Shown here in pieces: positions 9,344 through 17,125 of a stretch of DNA of 64,000 bases. The DNA is from a virus. The position numbers and the translations under genes were made by a program. Every line of letters begins with the position of its first letter. The first letter of the stretch is position 1. The stretch spans positions 32,001 to 96,000 of the IMG/VR virus record IMGVR_UViG_3300044904_000056; one strand, written 5' to 3'. The notes below the pieces were generated by a model. That model ran no database searches, had not been told where the DNA came from, and was given only the letters and a program-made list of their open reading frames with translations.

Positions 9344-9707
9344 TTTGTGCCTCCTTGGGAATGTCCTCCAAACGCGCCAGACCAACATCCCAGTGGTCCG
9401 CGTGATTCTCTTTAGCCAGACGTTCTGCTTCATTCCGAGCAGGCGTATGACTGGTAGCCTTGATAAATTTCGTATCCCAATCCCTGCGACCGTTGAAGTA
9501 GAGCTTGACTTCATACCAGTCTTCCTGAACAACAATCGGCAGGATAATCCGGTGCTCTGCCGGCTTCGTCATCACCTTCGGAAAGAAGTACCTCTTGCGA
9601 AACTCGTGAGGCTTAGGATGGAATCGCGTTGTCCGCTTCTCTGGGGCTTTCCTGGCCCGGACCTTCTTTGTCTTCCGTGTTGGTCCTGCCTTTTTCTTTT
9701 GCGTCAT
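9333..9707 (-). CDS. basic hypothetical protein
   Basis: RBS-preceded; overlaps the 3' end of the TS-like gene. Confidence 0.5.
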   Translation of the reverse strand: MTQKKKAGPTRKTKKVRARKAPEKRTTRFHPKPHEFRKRYFFPKVMTKPAEHRIILPIVVQEDWYEVKLYFNGRRDWDTKFIKATSHTPARNEAERLAKENHADHWDVGLARLEDIPKEAQIGI

Positions 9708-10800
9708 CGAGTAGCCTCACACAGGTGGAGTAGACTTCTTTCGATATTCCATACGTGCACTGCTCGTAATAGTTCAAAGCCAATTCCATAAACGGGGAGG
9801 GAAGGTGCAGAATTTCACTAGCGACCCACTCCGCCCTATACTGCCAACCTGGCTCTTTCACCCAGCGGAAAATAGTAAGCATTTGGGGAATGGTTTTTAT
9901 CCAGTACCCATCTGGAGGGGGAGGCCATGTCGGATTTGGAAGCTCTCTTGGTTTGTCCGTCTTGAAAGCCCTAATCTTCTCTACTTTGAGGAGGACGTGT
10001 TGAAACTCTTCGTCAGTAACTGTAGAGAATCCTGGTACGCATTCGGCCTTAACACTTGCTTGATTCATCACCTCTGATTCATCAAAGGCTCTTTCGAGGA
10101 TATTCCCTAGAGTCGGCTTGTAGAGTTCTTCATAATAGTGGAGATTTTGAATAATGTACGTCAGCTTCCCTATCTTCGCCCCCAGACAACCCGCTATATA
10201 GGCATGAATATGGGAGAACTGAACCGCGTTGTACGGCGCTCCCCAAATGAGGTCGCAACTCCGCTGCACTACAGTCTGGTCTAGAATCCCGTTTCTCAGC
10301 CGTAGATATATGACATTGTTGCACGGGTAGTCATTTGACTTCAGAAGATTGTCCCGCTCCGGGTCCCAAAGGCTGATAACTGCTTGTCTTGATAGAGGCT
10401 CCCGCTTTAGCTTGTCGATGGCAATGCTAATTTGGTCTACAGTTAGATATCCTCCAATTGCTGAAGGCCAGCGTCTCATCCGCAGCCCGTAGGCCCCATT
10501 GAAATCCTGCTGATTACCATCCGCAAACTTCCTCATGTTCTTGTTAAAGTAACATATCCACTCGACATTCCCGCTGCCTGAGAGAATCCAGATTACTTCA
10601 GCAAGGGCGAAGAATGGATTGAAGTTGCGTCCAGGAATCACCATCCAGCAATATCCTGGCAGCTCATAGTTCAAACAGACAGGTTCTTCTAGCTCTAAGC
10701 AAGGACCATGGCGGGTGGGAATCTCCTTCCCATGATTTGCTATTTCGCGGACCAGAGCGAAGTAGAAGTCGCCAAGACCACGGCCTGAATAAGTTTTCAC
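9613..10800 (-). CDS. thymidylate synthase-family enzyme, probable dUMP hydroxymethylase
   Basis: NPFFALAE, GAYGLR, SRQAVISLWDP, YPC (catalytic Cys), QRSCDLIWGAPYN (Asn indicates dUMP specificity), NLHYY; adjacent to hmU-modifying genes. Confidence 0.85.
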   Translation of the reverse strand: MKTYSGRGLGDFYFALVREIANHGKEIPTRHGPCLELEEPVCLNYELPGYCWMVIPGRNFNPFFALAEVIWILSGSGNVEWICYFNKNMRKFADGNQQDFNGAYGLRMRRWPSAIGGYLTVDQISIAIDKLKREPLSRQAVISLWDPERDNLLKSNDYPCNNVIYLRLRNGILDQTVVQRSCDLIWGAPYNAVQFSHIHAYIAGCLGAKIGKLTYIIQNLHYYEELYKPTLGNILERAFDESEVMNQASVKAECVPGFSTVTDEEFQHVLLKVEKIRAFKTDKPRELPNPTWPPPPDGYWIKTIPQMLTIFRWVKEPGWQYRAEWVASEILHLPSPFMELALNYYEQCTYGISKEVYSTCVRLLDDAKEKGRTNTEDKEGPGQESPREADNAIPS

Positions 10801-10816
10801 AATCGTTCCTCCTCAC

Positions 10817-11686
10817 CTAGATAGAACGCTCCCCTCTAGGAAAACGTAAGTTGCCTTGGAACCCGTTGTAGAGAGAGCGAGGCCTGCCTTCTCCCAGACG
10901 TACCCGCTCATACTTGTCCCACTCACAAAGTGCATTCTGCAAATCCTGCGCATGTATGTCCGGCATTCCTGCTTGAAAAATTTTCGGGCTGATTTTGTCG
11001 TAGAGTTCGTCTAGGCATTCCTTCCAATCCGCTTCCTTCCACTTAGCCCTCTTATCCCGCCCTATTACACGATTCAACCCTCGTTTGCTCCCAGGGCCAG
11101 AGATAGCCCAAGTTGACCAATCCTTTGCGTGCCGAAGCGTAGCATACTTCACATCAGCAATGACCTGCCCTGTCATAAAGCTTCCCATATCTTTCTGGTC
11201 GTGCAGCCTGTCGTAGAATTCCGCAAGCGTATCGCCATCTCTCGGGCGGATTTCTTTTCTTGCTCCCCACATCGGTGTCAGGACTTGCTTGGCTAGGTAT
11301 CGGGCTTTCGATTGATGATCTGGACCTGCGTGAATCATATATGCTCCGGTGAAGACTTTCTCGCCGTCTTTCTTTCGCTGCTCCAATACTCTGATGAACT
11401 CGTCTGGGTGCCAAGGAACAGGATAACCTAGCTCATCTAGGGTCTCCGGCCAATTGACAAAACGTGAAACCGTCATAGCGAACCAGAGGTCCTTATCTTC
11501 CGCGTGAGGCTCCCGCCAATGCTCCCGTACCCAAATCGTGACCGTGTCTAATTCCCGGAACACGTTGCAGAACCGATAGCGCTGAAGTATTGGGTCCCGT
11601 GTCCATGGTCGAGGCTTGCCAGCTTGCTTCCGCTTGTAGATTGCGTGGCGTTCAAGGATGAAGCGAAGGAGAGGATTGATGTTCAT
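10817..11686 (-). CDS. aGPT-Pplase1 / 5-hmdU DNA kinase helical-domain family (thymidine hypermodification), C-terminal RFPR
   Basis: ERHAIY..K..GKPRPWTRDPILQRYRFCNVFRELD, FTGAY, GPGSKRGLNR, QNALCEWDKY. Confidence 0.85.
   Translation of the reverse strand: MNINPLLRFILERHAIYKRKQAGKPRPWTRDPILQRYRFCNVFRELDTVTIWVREHWREPHAEDKDLWFAMTVSRFVNWPETLDELGYPVPWHPDEFIRVLEQRKKDGEKVFTGAYMIHAGPDHQSKARYLAKQVLTPMWGARKEIRPRDGDTLAEFYDRLHDQKDMGSFMTGQVIADVKYATLRHAKDWSTWAISGPGSKRGLNRVIGRDKRAKWKEADWKECLDELYDKISPKIFQAGMPDIHAQDLQNALCEWDKYERVRLGEGRPRSLYNGFQGNLRFPRGERSI
10821..10829 (-). promoter_or_regulatory. GCGTTCTAT phage promoter-like element
   Basis: Exact 9-mer 21 nt upstream of TS-like start, followed by GAGGAGG RBS. 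Confidence 0.65.
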
Positions 11687-12039
11687 CAGTTGCCTCTCCT
11701 TTGATTTTGATACAGACGTAGCCGTTCAGCCATATTCATCAGCTCGTTCGCCAGCTCTTCATCGCGGTAGGTGTAGTAACACTGAGTGTTGGACTTCTCT
11801 GCCATAGCTTCAAGATTGCTGATGATTTCGTCCAGGTCAACTCGGGGGCCACGGTGCTTCTTGCCGGCTTTCTTCTTATCTCGGCAGGATTTGCAGCGTT
11901 TTGGCATTTGGAATTCGGGATTTGTTGCCTGAAGACTTTTGTAGAAGCTTATCTCGCTCTCGTACATCCCCCAGTCCTCGTGGCAGTCTACGCATTGCCC
12001 CATCGAAACAAATGCTCCTCGATCTTTATCATCCCCCAT
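11686..12039 (-). CDS. zinc-ribbon (zf-trcl-like) protein
   Basis: CVDC..SE..FY..PKRCKSCR. Confidence 0.7.
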   Translation of the reverse strand: MGDDKDRGAFVSMGQCVDCHEDWGMYESEISFYKSLQATNPEFQMPKRCKSCRDKKKAGKKHRGPRVDLDEIISNLEAMAEKSNTQCYYTYRDEELANELMNMAERLRLYQNQRRGN

Positions 12040-12398
12040 TTTCTCTTCCTTTCCGCTTTCTCCACTCTACCCAACGTCTCTTCGTAGCTTTACCAATTTT
12101 TAGAAGAGCCTGCTTAGTATGCTTGTATCCTTTGCTATTTTGATTCCCAAATCCGAAATGTTTGCCCGCAGCATTTTTATTCCCTAATTTGGAGAGGCTC
12201 ATCTTTTTACGGCTCATAGGAGAAAGTTTTCGCCCTAAACAGTATTGATTTCCTGTATGAAGTTTGATTAGTCTGCGGCGGTGTTCTGCAGACAATTTCT
12301 TTCCCTTCCTGTTATGATTCCCCGCCCCAATCTTATTACCCATCAATCTTATTACCCATCATCCTTCTTCTCATCTTCTTTCGAGTAGTCGCAGACAT
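12029..12398 (-). pseudogene. NUMOD3-repeat protein (homing endonuclease remnant) frameshifted by a 16-bp tandem duplication
   Basis: ATG 12398 reads MSATTRKKMRRRMMGNKI then stops because AATCTTATTACCCATC is duplicated (12329-12344, 12345-12360); removing one copy restores the frame into the 105-aa NUMOD3 ORF; no nuclease domain. Confidence 0.65.
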
Positions 12399-12399
12399 T

Positions 12400-13023
12400 T
12401 TAATACCCAAGGAACCATCCCCACAACCAAGCTAGAATAGTTTGTAATCCATCCTGATAAGGGATAACTCTGACATCTGCCCCTACTTCTCTGAGTCTCT
12501 TCTCACTACCTAATACGGCCTTGTATTTTGGATAGAGGGATTTGTCCGGGTCAACTGGCCGAGGGTCCTTCCGCTGAATCCTGCGCTTTACCATCCGCTG
12601 AAGGCACTTCTCTAAGGGGGTATCCATAAAGCCAAATATCCAATGCGTATGCGGTAGGCTTCTTGCCAGGTCAATCCAACGCTGGGTCAGGGTAGCAGCC
12701 AGCGCTCCCTCGAAAACAACATTCCCCCGCCTGGAAAGGTCTGTGATTGCCTTGGAAGCGTAATCGGCACGGGTGCTGCCCCTGTAATAGCTTTCGTCAA
12801 TCGCGTCATAGCCGCCCGTTGTTATCCGGTAAGGCCCAAGCAGGGCTGTCTTCGTAGGCCCTGTATCGAGGACGTAGGCGAGCACCTTTCCATTCCCAGG
12901 GTTAATCAGAGGCGTATTGGAAAAGCTCTCTAGAAGGGATTTTGCTAGGGTTGTCTTGCCACTGGCATTCGTGCCCCTGATGTTGATGACGATATGCTTC
13001 AGCCGAGGAAATCGTTCCGTCAT
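12400..13023 (-). CDS. P-loop nucleotide/DNA kinase of the hmU hypermodification type, N-terminal RFPR
   Basis: INIRGTNASGKTT, GGYD, VVFEG, DTPLEKCLQRMVKRR. Confidence 0.8.
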   Translation of the reverse strand: MTERFPRLKHIVINIRGTNASGKTTLAKSLLESFSNTPLINPGNGKVLAYVLDTGPTKTALLGPYRITTGGYDAIDESYYRGSTRADYASKAITDLSRRGNVVFEGALAATLTQRWIDLARSLPHTHWIFGFMDTPLEKCLQRMVKRRIQRKDPRPVDPDKSLYPKYKAVLGSEKRLREVGADVRVIPYQDGLQTILAWLWGWFLGY

Positions 13024-13463
13024 TTCCCTTTCTCCAGCTTCGACAGATTCAAAACACCCGACTCGATAACCCGCATTGCCTTCATATAGTCGTCACCCTT
13101 GAGAAAGGGCAGGTCCGGTATGCGGATAACGGGAGGCTCCGCATACGCACCAAGAGGCGAGAACTTCCGCCGATGAGCTGGAAACTTTTTCAACAGCTGC
13201 TTGTAATGTACTGGGCTCATATAGATGATGCGGTCAGCCCATTCGACCATCTTCTGAGTCACAGGCTTTGACCTTTCGTCCTCCTCTAGATAGTACGCCT
13301 GGTTGAGGCTATAGAGAGCCTCCCGGACTTTCTTCGCAATGGTTCCCTGGTAGGGGCCTTTTTGCAGCCCTGCCGATTCAACGTTCATCCCGAGGTATCG
13401 CCCGATAGCCGCTGCGACCTGAGATCGGGAACGGTTGTTGGTGCAGATAAAGAGGATACGCAC
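13020..13463 (-). CDS. low-molecular-weight protein-tyrosine-phosphatase / ArsC-like protein
   Basis: ILFICTNNRSRS (CX5R), SAG, WADRIIYM, IPD. Confidence 0.85.
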   Translation of the reverse strand: MRILFICTNNRSRSQVAAAIGRYLGMNVESAGLQKGPYQGTIAKKVREALYSLNQAYYLEEDERSKPVTQKMVEWADRIIYMSPVHYKQLLKKFPAHRRKFSPLGAYAEPPVIRIPDLPFLKGDDYMKAMRVIESGVLNLSKLEKGK

Positions 13464-13610
13464 TGTGCTTTCGACTCCCTTCTAGGCCCGACTGGTTTTA
13501 GGCCAGCCTATTGTTGGTAGCGGACCCAACTAGCCAGTGGCAGGGTGCTAGCAGAGTTCGTTTACGTGGGGATATAGCTAAACTGGTGTAAAGGCTAGTT
13601 TTGAGCCCTG

Positions 13611-14222
13611 CTAGGGGCCTATCCGGGGGAAGCGTAGGGGGCCAGTCCTCCTGGCCCTGACTATTAGCTCAACAGTAGCCTTCAGCTTCTCCGCTGGGTG
13701 AAAGTAGAAGAACTTAGCTTGGGCCGAGAAGATAGGTATATGCCGCCACTTCCTAGCCGGAGGCTTCGCATAGCTCACGACCTCCATCCCCGCTAGCATC
13801 TCGTTCACACGTTCCCGGTGTTTTTGGACAAGGGCGTAGGGCTGTTCTAGGTAGAACCAGCAGCCCGGATATTGCAGCCACTGTCGGATATTCCAATGGT
13901 CCTGGGTATGCTCCGTCTGCTGAAGGGGAGCCACCCCTAGAGGCAGAATCACCGTAGAGTCCGGAGGGGGCCAAGTGTGGACTGGCTTGAGCATCTCTTT
14001 CCAATCGCAATCTCCTCCAATATAGTTGTATCCTTGCCAGTAAGCACCTACAGCATCGGCGTAAGTCTCCGCATCCCGCAGGGAGTTCTTCTTCACAGGG
14101 ACCATAGTCAGAATGGTAACCTGCTTGCCTTCCTGAATCCACTGCTCGATATGAGCCCCTAGCGAAAGGAAGGCATCATCACTGTGAGGCTCTACGATAA
14201 CCAGGCGGTCATTTATGGGCAC
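13611..14222 (-). CDS. PIG-L/LmbE-family N-deacetylase, C-terminal RFPR
   Basis: VEPHSDDAFLSLG, later DH, YLEQPY; start GTG 14222 after GGAGG. Confidence 0.8.
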   Translation of the reverse strand: MPINDRLVIVEPHSDDAFLSLGAHIEQWIQEGKQVTILTMVPVKKNSLRDAETYADAVGAYWQGYNYIGGDCDWKEMLKPVHTWPPPDSTVILPLGVAPLQQTEHTQDHWNIRQWLQYPGCWFYLEQPYALVQKHRERVNEMLAGMEVVSYAKPPARKWRHIPIFSAQAKFFYFHPAEKLKATVELIVRARRTGPLRFPRIGP

Positions 14223-14814
14223 GTTTCGGCCTCCGGAAGACGCTGAGATGCCGCCCATACCAGTTGGAAGTAATTCTTTCGTCAGCTAATATCGCTTCGC
14301 ACAACTCCTTGGTGACCTTCTTTTCAAAGGTGAATCCGGCAAGCACAAATAGTTGCCGCCAATAGCCTTTAGGCTTGCAGTTCACGTGGTACCGGCCCCA
14401 TTCAGAAGAGTCGATGGACAGGAGCACCCATTTTGAGGAGAGCCGTTTCACCGTATCCACTAAGACTTTCTCAGAGGACTCCGGGATGTGCTCGAATACA
14501 TCCCACGAGGTTACCAGGTCAAATTTTTTGTCCAAATGGAAGGACTTTGATAGGTCGTGGGCTATGTATTTCGCTCCTTCCGCGAATCTGCTGTTGAACT
14601 CAGAACCATCCACCCCATAAGCCCTTACTCCTAGCTCTGACAGCCGATTCACAAACGACATCGTACCACAACCCAGGTCAATGCAACGCTTGGGGTGAAA
14701 TCTGTTGAAGATGAGCTCTGCTAGATATTTCGAGGACACGTGGGGTCCTTTTGTGGACCTGGTGCGATTTTTGAACCACTTCAGTGGATAGAGTTCACTT
14801 AGCTTTTCTTCCAT
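14209..14814 (-). CDS. class I SAM-dependent methyltransferase
   Basis: IDLGCGT, GVDGS, FDLVTSWDVFEHI, HVNCKPKGYW. Confidence 0.88.
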   Translation of the reverse strand: MEEKLSELYPLKWFKNRTRSTKGPHVSSKYLAELIFNRFHPKRCIDLGCGTMSFVNRLSELGVRAYGVDGSEFNSRFAEGAKYIAHDLSKSFHLDKKFDLVTSWDVFEHIPESSEKVLVDTVKRLSSKWVLLSIDSSEWGRYHVNCKPKGYWRQLFVLAGFTFEKKVTKELCEAILADERITSNWYGRHLSVFRRPKRAHK

Positions 14815-15308
14815 AGTCGTGGGAACCTCATCGGGAAATTAGGTCTTGCAAATTCTCCGAAAAATTCTTTGGCAGCAGTATCATAAGCCTTCGCTGCGGC
14901 TATCGGATTGTCGAAGGAACCTAGATGAATAACTTTCCAATATACACAAATCTGCGCATACCATTTCCTAGCACCTTTGTGCCAAGAGACACCTTTGAAT
15001 CCTGATTTGTTATTTGAATGCTTTCCTTGGTTAGCCAGATTCTGCGAGTTAGAAGCATCTCTCAAATTATCTTTTTGACAATCTAGCCCATTTCCATTCT
15101 TATGGTCTATCCCTTTGCGCCCTAATATAAAATTGTGTAGAAGAAAATTAGGAACTCCCATTTGTCCGTGAGCTGCGTACGACTTACCCTTAGAGCCAGA
15201 TGTATAGTGCCATATGCCCTCAGCTGTTACACGTTCATAATCTTCGTCATCAACAAGTGCATAGGCTCTTATCTTTCCTTTTCGATTGCGAAGCGGAATT
15301 TTCTTCAT
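14799..15308 (-). CDS. HNH-AP2 homing endonuclease, C-terminal RFPR
   Basis: ALVDDEDY, IDHKNGNGLDCQKDNLR, SGFKGVSWHK..W.AQI..HLGSF..AAKAYD..FGEFARPNF. Confidence 0.9.
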   Translation of the reverse strand: MKKIPLRNRKGKIRAYALVDDEDYERVTAEGIWHYTSGSKGKSYAAHGQMGVPNFLLHNFILGRKGIDHKNGNGLDCQKDNLRDASNSQNLANQGKHSNNKSGFKGVSWHKGARKWYAQICVYWKVIHLGSFDNPIAAAKAYDTAAKEFFGEFARPNFPMRFPRLWKKS

Positions 15309-16426
15309 CGTCTAAACTCGTCAAAAACTTCATCATATAGTTTGTAGGCTGAATGATTGTCGTTTACATATTCCCTCGCTTCCTTTCTAGGATACCCTCT
15401 CACATCATATTTCATAATCGCTTCAGGATACTTGGCCAGGTCAGAGATAGGCAGTACCAAATTATCTGGGATGGCACTTCGGAGAAGGTTTTTGTGCACT
15501 ACAGGGACGCAGCCATAATATAGAGCCTCAACAATTGTGTTGTTGTAGGAACCTCTCCGGTAGGCTTTATATTTTGCCCTATGCCCTTGAAAGTCAGCCA
15601 TGAATCCCGCTCTGGAAAGGATTTTTGCCCGTCTCTCTACTGAGACCCAACCATAGTAGGTTGCTAAGCCCTTCCCTGAGTATTGTGGGGCAAAAAAATC
15701 CTTACCAACGACCTTCTTCCAGCCATTTTCTTTTCTCATGTTATAGTATTCAATGCCGGAATTGTAGAGCTTTACTTCGTAACCTTTGTCGAGGAGTCGA
15801 GGTACCCCATCAAAGAAGGGTTTGATTCCTTTCACATTCTTCCATTGAGGCATCCATACAACGCGATTCTCAATGCGTTCCTTTTCGGAAGGCTTTCCGA
15901 TAGGAATAAAAGGAATATAAACGGTCTGTACCGGATAGCCTGCTTTGACGAGAGGCTCTCCATAAGCAGGCTGAGTCACGAGAGTCTTCTCGCATAGCGG
16001 CAAAACTTGTTCCCCAAACTCCTTGTATGTATCCCAATAAGCATCCGAGATATAGCCGACAATCGGTATATCCAGTTTATTCAGCCTCTTTAACAAGGCC
16101 ATAAAGACAGGACTGCCCCCATAAGCTTTTGTCGGATGCGGACAGAGGAAGCTCAACATCACTACATCGTAGGATGTTAGAAAGGCTAAAGTCTCTCGAT
16201 AGTTTTCCCTATGGTGTGGAGCGTAGCCATCAATAGTGATGTAGGAATCCCCACCACGGATTAATTTTCTTTCAGGCAACAAGAGGGGATGTTTTGTTTT
16301 CTGGTTGGCGCTAACGAGGACGTGAAAGGTGTCACCTTTCTGGTCTGCTACCTTCCGATAGGTTCTCAGGCGAGTGTTGATGCCCCCTACGGAAGAGGTA
16401 GGCCAATGCAGGACTGCAATTTTCAC
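15305..16426 (-). CDS. GT-B glycosyltransferase (candidate DNA glycosyltransferase)
   Basis: N-terminal VGGINT, KNVKGI, TIVEALYYGCVPV; start GTG 16426 (GTGA overlap); embedded in the DNA-modification cluster. Confidence 0.75.
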   Translation of the reverse strand: MKIAVLHWPTSSVGGINTRLRTYRKVADQKGDTFHVLVSANQKTKHPLLLPERKLIRGGDSYITIDGYAPHHRENYRETLAFLTSYDVVMLSFLCPHPTKAYGGSPVFMALLKRLNKLDIPIVGYISDAYWDTYKEFGEQVLPLCEKTLVTQPAYGEPLVKAGYPVQTVYIPFIPIGKPSEKERIENRVVWMPQWKNVKGIKPFFDGVPRLLDKGYEVKLYNSGIEYYNMRKENGWKKVVGKDFFAPQYSGKGLATYYGWVSVERRAKILSRAGFMADFQGHRAKYKAYRRGSYNNTIVEALYYGCVPVVHKNLLRSAIPDNLVLPISDLAKYPEAIMKYDVRGYPRKEAREYVNDNHSAYKLYDEVFDEFRR

Positions 16427-17043
16427 GATGCTTTCCTGAAGAGGAGATAGATGCTCCTCTTGTTTGCTGATTGAGCTACTAGCCGATAGCCCAGCCCTAG
16501 GAAGCAAGTCTCCATCTCTAGAGCCGGCAGGCGTCTCGAATCGGTCAGGACTACCCAAGCGGCTTTGTCAAAGACGGCTTCTGTGACAGTTCTGTATTGC
16601 CTCTTGGCTTTACTGAGAGTCCAATCGGGGAAGTCTGCCACTACAAGGTCTGGATGCTGAAAGAGACTATCTATCACTACCGATTGAGCCCCACCAAGAG
16701 GCTCTATGATAGAGGTAGACCAGCTATGGTGCCGCCCTGCTTCCAGGATGTACGCATAGCAGCGCCTCTCATTTGAGTAGACTTCGTGCTTGTTGGGATT
16801 GAATAGCAGCTGAAGGATTTGAGCGTTGACTCCCACCCCACCAAACAGTTCAACGATGTTCTTTGGTTGCGGAGCAATTTGGCTGACGAGCTCAAAGAAT
16901 CGCCTAGCTTCAGCCTCGGTCTCCCCAGGTTCGTAACGGAGCCGCCAGAATATGCCCCGCTTCGATGGCAGAGTGTTCTTCGCAACTCGGGGGAGTTTAG
17001 AGGGGAGCATGATGCGTGCTCCGGCCACAAGGATTGATTGCAT
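16423..17043 (-). CDS. methyltransferase-fold protein
   Basis: IVELFGGVG SAM-binding-like motif; DLVVADFP. Confidence 0.55.
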   Translation of the reverse strand: MQSILVAGARIMLPSKLPRVAKNTLPSKRGIFWRLRYEPGETEAEARRFFELVSQIAPQPKNIVELFGGVGVNAQILQLLFNPNKHEVYSNERRCYAYILEAGRHHSWSTSIIEPLGGAQSVVIDSLFQHPDLVVADFPDWTLSKAKRQYRTVTEAVFDKAAWVVLTDSRRLPALEMETCFLGLGYRLVAQSANKRSIYLLFRKAS

Positions 17044-17062
17044 CTTGTTTCTCCTCTACAAC

Positions 17063-17105
17063 AAAAATGATGGCGGGAGGCTCCGAAGAGCAACTCCCGC
17101 CTATC
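17063..17105 (-). terminator. intrinsic terminator
   Basis: GGCGGGAG-TT-GCTC(TTCG)GAGC-CTCCCGCC followed by ATCATTTTTG. Confidence 0.75.
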
Positions 17106-17125
17106 AGCACTTTACCAGGACTGTA

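Noticed and set aside
9613-10800. dCMP hydroxymethylase (T4-like glucosyl-hmC pathway)
   Set aside because: The specificity residue is Asn (PYN), not Asp, and neighbours are hmU-pathway genes.
13464-13610. Intergenic gap with short inverted repeats as an ncRNA
   Set aside because: Stems are short and imperfect; insufficient support.
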